Positions 1 through 12,841 of a stretch of DNA of 64,000 nucleotides are shown here, in pieces. The DNA is from Psilocybe cubensis (Eukaryota), in contig CM039003.1 of the NCBI GenBank assembly GCA_017499595.2, positions 2,976,001 through 3,040,000 of the forward strand. The letters are read 5' to 3'. The position numbers and the translations under genes are program-made. The notes under the pieces are model-generated. The model was not told where the DNA came from. It did no database searches and worked only from the letters and a program-made list of their open reading frames with translations. Each line of letters opens with the position of its first letter. Within the stretch, counting starts at the first letter, position 1.

Positions 1-650
1 TGACGTCATAGAATGTTGTACACATGGATCTAGTTCACTGCGTCATAAAATTGATTGCGGAGAAGGTTTGCATTCCGATTTGACCGCACGATGAGCAAAT
101 GACCATTATATGCAAACTTAACGAATAGCTGTAACAACGCGAGAAATTGGTCTCTCTGGTATTTAAATTGAAATCTCCAGGGAAGTAGAAATCCTATACA
201 AGATACCTGGAAAAAGCTGGCTGGAAAAAGCAAAAAAAACGAAGTGAAATGAGGTTCATTCCGGATCATGTGCACTATCCGGCCGGAACGAATCAACTCC
301 GCTCCGGGCCGTTCCAAAAGAGGCGGGACCATTCTTGCGGCTCTACGCTTAAAATGTAATGGCATCCTTTTCCAAACCTTTTCCTCCTTTTCTCGTTTTC
401 CGGTCGTTTTGTGGGACTCTGGATACTCGAGTAGACGCTTAAAGGGTAGACGAGCGTTTTCCACCACGTTTAGGGACGTTGAACCTCGAGGCTGTTGAGG
501 GCTAGTTTTGGTACGTCAACGCACGTTCAATGCAGCGAGCGAATGGGAAATTTGCGACTAACTTGGAAACTAATAGGTTGTTTATCGTGTATCTATCATA
601 TATAGGTACTTAGTGCTCAAGGACGCATTGTGCACGTCCTTGACTGCAAC

Positions 651-3334
651 ATGGGTATCCTGCGCAAAGTTTTTTCTCGCCGCACGCTTGCATACGCCAC
701 GGGTGGTACAGCGTTGTTTTTCGGAGGCGGTCTCGTATACCTGAATTCTGGTCCACCATATCCTGTTCCTTCGAAGGAGACTCGCCGACCACCTCCGCCA
801 TGGACACCACCATCGAGAGCTGAAATGTTGGCGAAGCTCAAAGCATCTGGTGCGATCACCACACTTACCAAGGGTGGTCAAGATGCACAGAGCGAGGAAT
901 TCGATTTGCTAATCATTGGAGGAGGCGCTACGGGTGCTGGTTGTGCTGTAGATGCGGCCAGTCGCGGGTTGAAAGTTGCGCTGGTGGAAAGAGACGATTT
1001 CAGTGCTGGTGCGTCGGTGTAGTCCAACTCCGCGGCGATTTCTAACGTTCGAGCAGGAACTTCTTCCAAATCAACCAAGCTCGTCCATGGAGGTGTCAGA
1101 TACCTACAAAAAGCTGTATTCGAACTCGATTATGACCAATACAAACTAGTTCGCGAGGCTCTCCATGAACGACGCACGTTCCTCCACATCGCCCCGTATC
1201 TCTCTGAAATGTTACCTATCATGCTTCCCATTTACAAGTACTGGCAAGTCCCTTACTACTGGGCTGGTTGCAAGATGTACGACGTTCTGGCTGGAAAGGA
1301 AAACATGGAAAGTTCGTATCTCATGAGCAAAGGAAAGGCATTGGAGACTTTCCCCATGCTTAAGAGCGACGGTCTGGTTGGGGCACTGGTTTATTATGAT
1401 GGTATATCTTCCCTTGGTTTATATGGTGAAATAATTAACGTAATTGATAGGACAACATAACGACTCGCGCATGAACATCGCTCTCATCATGAGCGCTGTC
1501 AAGGCCGGTGCTGTTGTGGCCAACTATTGCGAAGTCACACAACTGCACAAGGACGCGAACGGAAAACTAAACGGAGCAAAGGTCAAGGACACCCTCACTG
1601 GAGAACAGTGGAACGTTCGCGCCAAAGTGAGTATCTACCTCGTGTCAGTCGTACTGCAGACTAAATCTCTCAATTGTAGGGTATTATTAACGCGACAGGC
1701 CCTTTCGCTGATTCAGTCTTGGCTCTCGACAACCCTTCACATGAAACGATCGTCCAGCCATCCTCCGGCGTGCACATCACGCTCCCCAACTATTATTCCC
1801 CTCGCACGATGGGTCTTCTAGATCCCTCCACCTCCGACGGGCGCGTTATCTTTTTCCTCCCCTGGCAAGGCAACACCATCGCTGGCACAACTGATACCCC
1901 CGCACGCGTCTCTCGCGATCCCGAGGCATCCGAAGAGGATATCCGATGGATCCTCGAGGAGGTCCGCAGCTATCTCTCCCCGGATATCAAGGTCCGCCGC
2001 GGGGACGTTCTGAGCGCGTGGAGTGGGTTGCGTCCATTGGTGAGAGATCCGAATGCGGAGAAGACCGAGGGCCTGGTTCGCAATCATATGATTAATGTCA
2101 GTGAGAGTGGGCTGTTGACCATCGCTGGTGGAAAATGGACGAAGTATAGGGCAATGGCCGAAGAGACCATCGACACTGCGATCAAGGCGTTCGGTTTAGA
2201 GGGACGCGTTAAGAATGGGTGTGTTACGAGAGAGCTGAGGCTTGTTGGAAGCGATGGCTGGAGTCGTAACATGTTCATTGGGCTCATTCAGACCGTGAGT
2301 GGTATCACATGTCAAGTCTTTCAAAGTTTTCGTCGCTCACTTGTTATTCGCCTGAGTAGTACGGATTGGAAACTGCTGTAGCTAAGCATCTTTCGGAGAA
2401 CTACGGTGATCGCGCATGGACAGTCTGCTCGCTCGCCGAACCGACGGGCGAATCATGGCCTCTACACGGAAAGCGACTGGCTCCCCAATATCCTTGTACG
2501 TTATTTTCCTTCCCAATTGCGACATGGAGGTCATGAATCTGATATACATGCGCATATAATCAGTCATTGACGCGGAGGTGCGGTACGCCGTACGCCACGA
2601 ATACGCTCAGACCGCCATCGACGTTCTCGCACGACGCACACGGCTCTCCTTCCTGAACGCGCGCGCCGCGCTCGACGCTCTGCCCACCGTCGTTGACATC
2701 ATGGCACAGGAACTCAATTGGACGTACGCTCAGCGGAAGAAGCAGATCGACGATGCGGTCAAGTTCTTGGGTAGTATGGGCATCTCTCCCGCGCTCGCGG
2801 CGGCGCACAAACCTGAGCCGATACCGCGTGGGCGCTGGGAGAACTTGATGTGGTCGGTGAGGAAGACAGGCGCGGGTGTATGGAATGTGTTTTGGCCTGT
2901 TCATGAGACAAAGGAAAGCTTCGGCCCGGGGAGAAGCAAATTCGAGGCGGGTGAGGTGGCTGCGCTCCGAAGTGCGTTTGCTGGACGAGCGAGGCCAGTA
3001 GGCGATGGAGAGGAGAAGGTGAAGGCGGAGGAGGTGGTCGAGGTGCTGAAGCTTGTGCCTAGCTATTCGGAGATCAGCAAAATCACAAAAAAGGAGCTAG
3101 ATTATGTGTTAAACGAGGCTGGGATGCGTGGGCAGTCTGAGTTCGACTTTGATGAATTTATCGAGGTGCGTTTTTGTTTTTGTCTCTTGTGTTTCTGTTC
3201 AATTTGTTTATGCTTATTGTTCTCGTCTTCTGTAGATTTCTGGTAATCTAAAGGAGATCTTGGTTGCTCCCTCACCTAAAAAACATCGCAGTCGGATGAG
3301 CATTCCTGTGGAAAAGAGCGGAGGAGGCGTTTGA
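651..3334 (+). CDS. GUT2: Mitochondrial FAD-dependent glycerol-3-phosphate dehydrogenase (multi-exon)
   Basis: FAD motif [50 protein letters not shown] after intron 1009-1056; [24 protein letters not shown]-terminus [11 protein letters not shown]-terminal targeting/TM segment. Confidence 0.96.
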
Positions 3335-3918
3335 GGATCACACTCTGAACTCGTAATTTATTTTTCTTATCTTACCAATTATCGATCAAACTTTAATAAT
3401 CAAGCAATGCATGCAATATAACGACTCTTTTTCAAGTGCGGAAGTGCATTTGTCATGCAGTAAGCAATTTTTCTGTTCATTTCTCTCAGGCGGTAGAAGA
3501 ATGCGTTCACTTTGAAATTGAAAGGACCAACGGGGGCTGCAAAAATAATAGCAAATTGACGACATGATACATACACATCGCTGGTACCAAATCAACTCCC
3601 TTTGAAATATTATCTTCTCAGGCCTGGGGAAAGACGAGGCAACCTGTCGACGAAAGCAGCTTTCTCGATGGACATGAGGGTTCACGTTCAGCGATCAACC
3701 CACACAGGGCTTTCTATTCCTACACAAACTGGAAACACGTCCTAGATTCAATGGCTTGTAACTCGATACCAACTAGTCATGGACAGATGCGGTGGTACGC
3801 TATTCTTAGTCTTGATGCTCGGCAACCCCACCAGAACTCCAAGGCGACCGCACCTTATATATATTGTAAATGTGTAGCCCCCGTCTTCCTCTTACATTTC
3901 ATTGCTATAGCTCATACA

Positions 3919-4896
3919 ATGGCTCGATCCAAATCGGCTCCTGACAATCCCAGTCCACCAGTAATCCACAGCCTGATTGCCACGCTAACCAACTCAGTAG
4001 ATTCTCAGTCTGTCTGCAGAATCTTTTCCATACCATACAATATACGCCTCGAAATATACCGTTTGGCATTGCGCCAATACGACGACGAAACAAGACTGTA
4101 TCCCGAACACGCGTTTCGCTCGCGGCCTCCGCCATCACGCTACCGCCAACGCATATGCACTGACCTCTTGATCACCTGCAAACGCGTGTACATGGAGGCG
4201 CACGACATCGCGCTCGCGGTCAACCCGCATACTTTCTGGGACGCATCCGGCGACGTGCTCAATGAACGCGGCTATCCGGATACGAAAAAGTATCTCAGAG
4301 ATGACCTTAGTTGGTGCTTCCATAAATATACCGTCGAGCAGAGAGCTGCCATTACGGATGTCCGTCTCTTCGTCTCTAAGGATTGGTTAAACTCGCCGCA
4401 ATTCCAAATGTTCTGTCAGTTAAAAGACATTGCACCAAAACGGCTCCGAATCACCATTCGTCCTACCGAGTGGGATCCTCAGATAAACGGCATGATCAAT
4501 TTGGACCACGCATGGATGGATAATTTCAAGTATGTTGGCAGACTTAAAAACCTCCAGCTTGAAATGCAAACCGTTGAGGCAAACAGTGATCAGGTATGTA
4601 CTTGGAGTTTTTCGATCCATGAAATGCCAGATAACAATTTGTTCGTCCAGTTGGAAACTACAGTGCAAGACCTCCTCAAAAAGTCAATTCTCCTCGCAGG
4701 ATCGAGGAGCCTTGGAGAGGTTTCTGTTACAAGGGATCGATACATGGGCCATGGTATCTTTGAGCCAGGTTGGGAGTGGATAAATGCTGTGTATTATTCT
4801 CAAGAGGAAAACAGATGGAAAGCAGCGGAACCAGGCTCGCGATCTCCTTATCAAATTCAGTATGTATCAACTACTGTTGAGTGGAGGATGCAGTAG
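3919..4896 (+). CDS. Hypothetical protein with F-box/2EXR-like N-terminal motif
   Basis: TATA-like TATATAT near 3856; ATG at 3919; motifs FSIPYNIRLEIYRLAL and DLLITCKRVYMEA typical of fungal F-box-like families; in-frame 57-nt intron 4594-4650 (GTATGT...CAG). Confidence 0.7.
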   Translation: MARSKSAPDNPSPPVIHSLIATLTNSVDSQSVCRIFSIPYNIRLEIYRLALRQYDDETRLYPEHAFRSRPPPSRYRQRICTDLLITCKRVYMEAHDIALAVNPHTFWDASGDVLNERGYPDTKKYLRDDLSWCFHKYTVEQRAAITDVRLFVSKDWLNSPQFQMFCQLKDIAPKRLRITIRPTEWDPQINGMINLDHAWMDNFKYVGRLKNLQLEMQTVEANSDQVCTWSFSIHEMPDNNLFVQLETTVQDLLKKSILLAGSRSLGEVSVTRDRYMGHGIFEPGWEWINAVYYSQEENRWKAAEPGSRSPYQIQYVSTTVEWRMQ

Positions 4897-5159
4897 CCGT
4901 ACATGCTGAGTACATGGGATGAATATAGTGTTTAGAACGATGCCTCACAAGGGTATTAAAAATGAAATTCCATTAGAATACGTACAGTTTGGTTCCAGGG
5001 AGTATGATAGTGGGTTACTATATATTCACAGAAGTGATGATGGTCAGGACAGGTTAGTTACAATCGAGGATTAAATGATACTGGAGGTTAAATCAGTATT
5101 TTAGTATACTTATTGTCGAAATAGCCTACCACTTGCCGGAGAAAGCGGGGCCATAGATG

Positions 5160-6558
5160 TTACAGGACGTAGTCAATAAAGTACAGCTGGTCTTCTTCGA
5201 AAGACGTGAAAATGGGAATCCAGAATTTGTCCAGCGGAACAAGCGACTCCTGCGGCGTTTTGTAGTGCCTGAGTTCTTGGAGTAATAACCGGACCCTTTT
5301 CCCCACAGAAAAATGATGGAGAATAAAGGCCATCTTCATAGTTGGAATCACAAATTTTTCTGGGGAATGGAAAAGGCTGCTTCTGGGATCAGTTCCGACC
5401 AGTTGAATGCGGACAGATAGCGTAATTGAGGCTGCTCGCAGCAATCCTGCTCGAAGGGACCTCGCTAAAGCAGAGAATCCATCGTACTGTTTTTCGGTAT
5501 CGTTGGGATCTTCGACATCCTTTAGGCTAAAAGTCACCGATAGTGTAATGCGGTGGAGGGCGGTATGATTCTCGATGTCAAAACATGCGGCAATTTCATG
5601 TAGTTGCTGGTGGTAAACCGGAAGACCATCTAGGAAATTGTCAAATGACAGCCGTTATCCAATGAGGCCGTTACACACCAGTATTTCCTCGCTTGAACCA
5701 TTCGGTCGATATTTCAAGGCTTTCTAGTGTATCCTTGCACCCGTTGATGATTGATTGCATGGTCGCTGTGGTCACTGAAAATTCGGGCAGCGTAGAAATC
5801 CACAAGTCTCTTAAAACAGAGACGTCAATTACTGAATTGAAATCAGGTAGACAGGTTCCAATATCCAGGCTGTTTACCCGAAGCCGTTGATAGAATACAC
5901 CAGAAGGCATCACCATATCTAAGCGGGTGAAAGACAGCTTCTTGAGTCCAGCAGGGCACTGCAACACGAGACATAAGGGAAATATAGCAAATCCACGTGT
6001 ATCAAGATGTGAAAGGTTGAACGGCAGCGATAGAAAGGCCTCGAGTAGGTTAGTTACTGTCCTGGGGTGGAATTGAGTGTGGTGGTACACGTCAGACGCG
6101 GTGCCCTCAAGTTTGGAGAAAGACAGAGTTTCTAGCTTTCGCAAGAGTCGCAGTATTGGTCCCAAAGATAACACATGATGGTGTGGACTTATACATCGAC
6201 CTTCTTCCAGAAACTCTAGTTTCAACGTTCGCACATATGGTCGAAGATGTGGAAAGCGTTGTAGAAAATCAAAAAACCTTAGAGCAGTGCCACCACCTCC
6301 TGCGAGGTCGTGAATAGAGATGAGCGTGGACACCATAGTTGCACAGTTAAGAGGAGAGGTGCTCGCTTCTGAGCAGATTCCGTAGGTTACTGTTACCTCT
6401 CGAAAGAGTATTTCTCTGGAGAGATGATACATGCTGCTGTTGACTAACGACGAGGCATATAGGGTGGATTTCGAATGGTTGGGTTGAAGATGAGAAAGAA
6501 TCTCTCGTAGCAGTTCTGTTGGGAGTGTGAGTGCATGTGCATAGTAGGGGTTGCGCAT
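5160..6558 (-). CDS. F-box/LRR-like protein (paralog of 18173-19229)
   Basis: N-terminal LPTELLREILSHL...LYASSLVNSSMYHLSREILFREVTV; intron 5630-5678 joins the two ORF-track segments in frame. Confidence 0.8.
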
Positions 6559-6913
6559 CGGTTGATGTGGGCAAAGTAAAAGAAAAGATTGGTGTAACTA
6601 GAATAGCCAAAAAACAAGGGCCCTGTTTGCTTTTCAACACAGATCAAACGGTCACGCGTGCTTGGCGCCACTCAGTCGCGGCGCGTCCTTTCGTTACTCG
6701 CAAACTTTCCTGAAGGTTGCGTGAAGGTAATTCAGGTTATGTATTATGATATGGCTAATTTGCATTGATAGAAGTATACAAGAACACTGGGGGATCGTCG
6801 GATACCTGATATTGAAGCATCTTCCTTTATCTTCCCAATCAAACACGTTATCGTACACTGTCTTGAGCACATAATTGACAATAGATTAACAATACAGTGT
6901 CTAAAACAGGTAA

Positions 6914-7704
6914 CTATTCATACTTCCTCATGTTTTCCATGAGAGCTGTCCATCTTCCATCATGCCATGAGATAATCTCTTTCCACTTCTGGCTGTCTTC
7001 ACCGGTAGAAACTCTAAAACACATCAAGAAACCGGCAACCACGACATCAGCCCATGAAAGTTCCTCTCCCATAATAAATGGCCCTTTCCCCGCATTCTTG
7101 GCATACAAGTTGTTAATCTTTTCCAGAACACCTTGAAGCGCAGTCATATGTGCCGAAAGCTGGTCATCAGGCACGAGGTCTTCCAATTTCTTGCCGACCT
7201 TGGCCTCCATATCGTCACGAAAATATTGAATACTGGGTGGACGCAGACAAACGAAGATCGTCCAGATGAGAAGCTCGCGAGCGGGCGGTATGTATGACAT
7301 GAAGGCCTCTGTAAATGTCTGTGCGAGGCCAATCGTATTATGTGGGAATATTTGTGGGGTATCGGAGTACTGTTGATCGAGGTACTCGGCAATGGCCATG
7401 GAATCGTAGATCGACTTGTTTGTGAGGGGGTCGTAAATTACTGGAACCGTGTAGTGTGGGCTTCCGTTTGCCTTCATAGCTTTTGGGACAATACCCAATT
7501 TCGCGTACAGGCTCTCCAAGTGGGGGAACTCCACCCACTCTGTAATAAAAGGCAGCCCTTTGTAATTAAGACAGTACCTATGATGTTGCATCAGTATCAG
7601 AATAATAAAAAATACAACTCTAACTCTAACCTTGTTCTCCAGGTGTTCAAGGACATGGAATATCCAGGGGAAGTGGATGGCACGTCGTAAAGAACAATGT
7701 TCAT
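6914..7704 (-). CDS. Glutathione S-transferase, fungal-specific GSTFuA/etherase-like class
   Basis: Exon 1 MNIVLYDVPSTSPGYSMSLNTWRTR, 53-nt intron 7578-7630, then YCLNYKGLPF...WVEFP...YTVPVIYD...DSMAIAEYLD...GPFIMGEELSWAD...WHDGRW. Confidence 0.9.
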
Positions 7705-8858
7705 GATCAAATACGGGTTGCGATTAACAGAGTTGTAAATCTCCACTGCAACATTCTTTCAGACTCTTATACGTTTTGACTGAGGTGATATTGAATTATG
7801 CGATAGCTTGTCAAACAAAAGGTTAACCATCTATAGTTTAGTTTACTTAAATCATTATGCTATGGGCCCGGCGCGATTGCTTTGATGTCATTACAAGAGT
7901 TAGATATACGTTTGTCACAAGAACTGCTTTTTCCCTTCTTAACTGATCTACCCATGCTGTAGATTTTGACATCTCGCACTGAGTGATTTTATATTCCAAA
8001 AAGCATGTTTACCCTCTTTCCAATCTTCTTAGATTTAGGAAAGCGATACACGCATATGGCGTAATTTCCAGTGGCGTGCGGCCGTCTATACCAACACTGC
8101 GTGCGGGTTCAGAAGTTTCGAGATCGGCAAGCAAGCTGTTCCTCCAAACAAAAAAATATTTGTTGTCAAACGGGGACTCATTAACTGCTATCATCAGTTT
8201 CAGTTCCCTTCTAGATCACCGCCGTAACTGGCCGTCTGTGTGCTATTGTACGCGCAATCTGCCATTACTAAATTTTTGAAAATGCTCACATTAACGCCTT
8301 TAAAACTTAAGAAAGAAGAAAATCGATTAAACGGCTGATATACGATGTCTGTACGGAAGATACAATTACCAACGACATTTTGAGTCATCCTCGTGGCTGA
8401 ACAGGACCAGTGAAAACCCCTATCCAGCCCCTAACCAAGCGATATCTGTGCACGTGACGACATTGACGAGGCAAATGCCGGATCGGGATCGGGGCACAAA
8501 CAGTCCCGATAAGGAAGTTCGTCCTGCACTTGTGGGAATGAGTCATGGGCGGCTCCGGTGAGTATATAAGACACACCGGCCCAACATGCGGCCACTCCTG
8601 ACTCCCCCTGCATTTCAACCCTCCTTTCCCCCTCCTTTATCTGCGCTACAGCCTAAACTCTTCGATAATGAGAGAAACCTATCTTTTCTGCTATTTTTCT
8701 TGTGCATTCTCATAGTCACTTAGCTGTATCAACTCAGTGTCGCGTTGGTGGAGCATCTCTTGATCTTACGGGCGGAGGACCGAGTTTATTTTCCATCAGG
8801 AGTCGGTTTGGCACCATAGCCTCTCGCGCCGACTGCCGTGGCATGGAATAATTCCAAG

Positions 8859-10948
8859 ATGCCAACACGAACCTCTTTCTCCCAATCATTTAGATCGGCA
8901 CAACTTGCTCCTTATCTCACTGGCAACTTTGACTCAAAAACTCCTTTTGAAATCGGTGGACCCTGGCCTGATCGAAACCTGTCGTCAATTATGCCCTCGC
9001 TGCCGGTCTTTTCTTAAACTAATGTCAACTCTCTTCAATTTTACCTTTCCGTTTCAATCGTCACCGACTTGTTAATCATACCGGCGGTACTTGTGCTAGA
9101 AGTCATAAGCGCTATCGGTTCGATAAAGGTTTCGACAATTCATTTGTAGGGTTTCAGCTTCTCCGGATAGGGATCCTTTCCATAAACAAAATATATGCGC
9201 CTTTCGTCGACGCCAGGGTTCTTTCCCAACAACCTAATCTATGTTCGAAAATAGACCTCGTCCGTGGTTTTACTCCGAAAATAACATCTTGGATATATTC
9301 TCCCATGTTTTCGCTGGCTCCTGACACTCCTTGTCGACCCTGGATGCTATTCGAAAATAGCGTTTATCAACGTTCATTTGTTCTGGGACATCATCTTTGG
9401 CTCAAACCCTTTCGTTGTAATCTGGAAAGGCGCATTTTCTCCTACGCTATTCGCCTCAGTGCTCCGGGTTTCAAAGTGGTGTTCCCCATGCACTTACATC
9501 TTAATTCTTCGGGAATCAAGCTTTCAGCCGCCGGTTTGGTTTTAATATTCCTCGCTGTCCAGCTATATCAGCGTCTACTGGTGATCACTCTCTAACCGTT
9601 CGTCTCCAATGGTACTCGGAAAATCTTCAATTGCTTTACTTGAAGCAACTTCGCAATTTCTTCGTCTCGCGACAAGCGCGGAACAAACTTGTCGAACAAT
9701 GGTGTGCTATCGTTATCAAGAGATGGTTAACCATTCCAAAAACAATCAAAGCAATTCAGGGTTACTGGGTACGTCTCTGTTCTCACTTTTTTGTCTATAT
9801 AGGAATCAGGGTTGGATTTACCATCTATTCATTTCGCCATCCATCTATCTACGATGATTTTGGACTTCTAAATCTAATCGCCTACATCGAGAGAAAGGTA
9901 TGCTCCTTTTGTATAATTTGCCTTTTATAACATACATCTCATACTTTGGGCAATAAGATCGGTACATACGTACTGTGATCGTCGCGGCCCTGAATTATTC
10001 AAGTTGTTTTCCTCCCTTGTTGATGGATCCTCTAATCTTTACGTCCCGAGCTATTAGGAGAACTCGGTCCGACCTGTAATTGGCCAACACGCCTACCCAC
10101 CTACCCATCACCCGCTCCTCTGGACCGTCTCCCAATCCATTCATTCACTTTCATCAATTGTCGTATCATTCCCAGTCTGAGGTCCTGAAGAACGCACCAT
10201 TGCCCCCGTTTTTTGGGCCCTCATTCGCTGCGATTGGCTGGGGATTGTAAGGCTCCTTTCTCGTCGCAGCTCGTAGTAGGGATCGTGCTTAGGCATAAAA
10301 ATATGCTCTCGTTCGGTACTGTCCGTTGGTCAGCAGGTCATTCGGAAGCTCTGTTTCATTTTCTCTTCTCGAGCTTGATCTAGGGACGCAGAGGCTTACG
10401 AGTTCAGTGACTATATGTGCTTTATGGATGTCTCTCCGTTGTGCTGGTGTTTTCCTCAATTGTGCGCCGACTTTGCACCGTGACTATCGAGCCTGGACAG
10501 TGGCTGCTCGTGACTACTCGTTCTGAGATTGCACTCGTGACTCTCTTTCTGTGATGGTGATTATCAACTCCTGGTCTCGTCGGCGAGACAAAACGCGAAA
10601 CACGGAAACGCAGGAAACTAACATCTGCACGCACTCGAGTACGAAAACCTATTATGCAACGGGACAAGGGACAAGGGTGAACTCTTTGGCTGTCGGTTTT
10701 ACAGGCATCTCAGGCTTCATAATCAAAAGAGACTGACTACTGCAACCACTCTGGGGAGGCACCTGGGTTACCGTCATGGAATTGAATTGTCACTCTGGGG
10801 AATGTCTGCTTGCATATACATCGGAATTTGGATTACAGAAGAACAGGCTGTACGGCGCAGCCTCGACACAAACTCTTATCTTTTCACCCTTGATTATTAT
10901 CTGTTGGGCACTACAGCTTTTAACTTTGTGCTAGGTCTGTACCGCTGA
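8859..10948 (+). pseudogene. Decayed multi-exon gene of unknown family
   Basis: TATATAAG at 8563 followed by a pyrimidine-rich tract; long reading frames (9241-9897, 10562-10948) interrupted by isolated TAA/TAG/TGA; plausible introns (GTACTT...TTTGTAG ~9087-9149, GTATGC at 9898). Confidence 0.35.
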
Positions 10949-12711
10949 GATAGGGGTATTCAAGGAGTGCCATTTGAGCAGCGGTCGCAGTCGGTACGGC
11001 GCGTTTACCGTGGTTCCGTAGATTGGGCAACTCTATATACGCGATACGCAGCAATCCGGCCGATGTTGTTTGTCAGCTTCGTATCTATGCATGTCAGCGT
11101 CAGCGCCAGTGCTGCACTGAGCAGAAATCTTTCAACTGGGGCCCTGTGCTTTGACTGAGCAGCTTTGCTTTTCGGATCTGGAGCACACCGCGCTGCTATC
11201 GCCTTGACTGCGGAGGACGTGGACGTGGACGTGGACGGAGCGCAAGTGCTGAGTGCAGCGCAACAGTCTACCTTTTCAGTGTATCTGTGGAGTACCCCGC
11301 CACCCACGACACGACGGCATCCACGTATGAACACATGACATATGCGGCTCCTGTGGACGGCTGAGCACAGGCCATGTGCATTTCAATGGTACACGATCAT
11401 TCCAGTGTCAAGCGGTCGATGTCGACTTGCTGCGTAATGTCCGGCATGAAGTGCACAGCACTTCCAGAATATACACAGAGAGACTTCTAGTTGGGGGGAA
11501 ACAATGGAATGGAATGGTGCTGTGCAAAGCTTGATAGTGCTTTATGATAAAAAGGAGGGTACCTCGTGATGAACATTTAGACGCCAGCGCCTGCAAAGGG
11601 ATTCTCGCGATGAACAAGGAGATTAATTGGCGCGCGTATTTAATGAAAGTGCGCAGATATCGATGCTTGAAGAGGAACTCACGGCTTATGAACTGAAAGA
11701 GGACCGGTAATGGTATGGCTGTGTAGCGAATGTGTTGGAAGCTGTGAACAACGCCGAGAAGCGCTCGTAACTCTTGTCGACGCCGGTGTGGAGAGTGCGA
11801 GGGGTAATATATTAAAGATGCCTATTCTTATCGACGACCATTGGTAAGGATGAGAAAGCAGCACGTCTCCGCGAGAGTGCAACACCCGAAATATCGGATC
11901 AGGCGACGAGCACAAGACGTCATACGCATGCAACCCAAGTATGGGCGTCCAATAACATCGCGGAAAGGCCGAAGAAAACTCTGAACAGAACAATGGGCCG
12001 TCGGGGGCATAAATCCGTTGACAAATGACACTGAGTAAGAGTAACCACTGGGGAGGTTGAGGTTGATTATCGCTGGCTTGAGCTCCTATTCGAGTGCAAT
12101 TTTGCCGCCCGGCGCCCATTGAGGAGGACGGGGAATGTTTTCCGATTTCACGGGATATCATCGGTAATGTTACCGATGCCCTACGCCCATGGACGAGGTA
12201 GATTGACAGGGAAGAGGTACGGACTTGCCGCATTTGTCGACGCCGAACTCATAAGAAGGCGGGAAGCGCGCCTCGTGTGATGGGCGGGGGTCAGGTGGGC
12301 GCTGGGCGGAGGGCATGGGGCTGTGTTGGGCGCCCTTCGGGGGGCGGGGTGTGCCTAAAAGGGTTAGACGTCGGGTTGCCCATCAAATGCCTTCCATGTG
12401 AACGCCGTGAATAGCGGGGATGAATGTGTCATCTGTACAGCATGGTTACAGGGACCGATATGACTCGGTCTGAGAAACGGTGGGTCATACACAGAAAAAA
12501 GAGAGAAAAAACACGAATTTTGAGGGAGATTGGGGATGGAAATGTGGGCGTTGGAGACTGCGAACTGCGCTGGGCAGACGGGACAAGTAGGTGGAAGCTT
12601 TAGCGCAGCTGGGTGAAGGGTTATGCAGACGGATTAGAATGATGGGCGGGGAGATTTGTCAGGGCGGCACCGCACTTTGGCTGAGTCTGAAAAAAAAAGC
12701 TGTGCCGGGTG

Positions 12712-12718
12712 TATATAA
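12712..12718 (+). promoter_or_regulatory. TATA box of the bZIP gene
   Basis: TATATAA followed about 30 nt later by a CT-rich tract. Confidence 0.65.
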
Positions 12719-12841
12719 GCCGGATCGAGTCAGGACGATGGTTAGCCCGTTCTTTCTTCCCCAACCCCCATCTCGACTTGGCCGGAGTCACATCTCTGTC
12801 CAGTCCCCCCTAGCCCTCCTCAGCACACCACTGAGGCATTT

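Noticed and set aside
30-498. ORFs 30-467(-) and 268-498(+)
   Set aside because: No recognisable motifs; the region looks like the GUT2 upstream/promoter sequence
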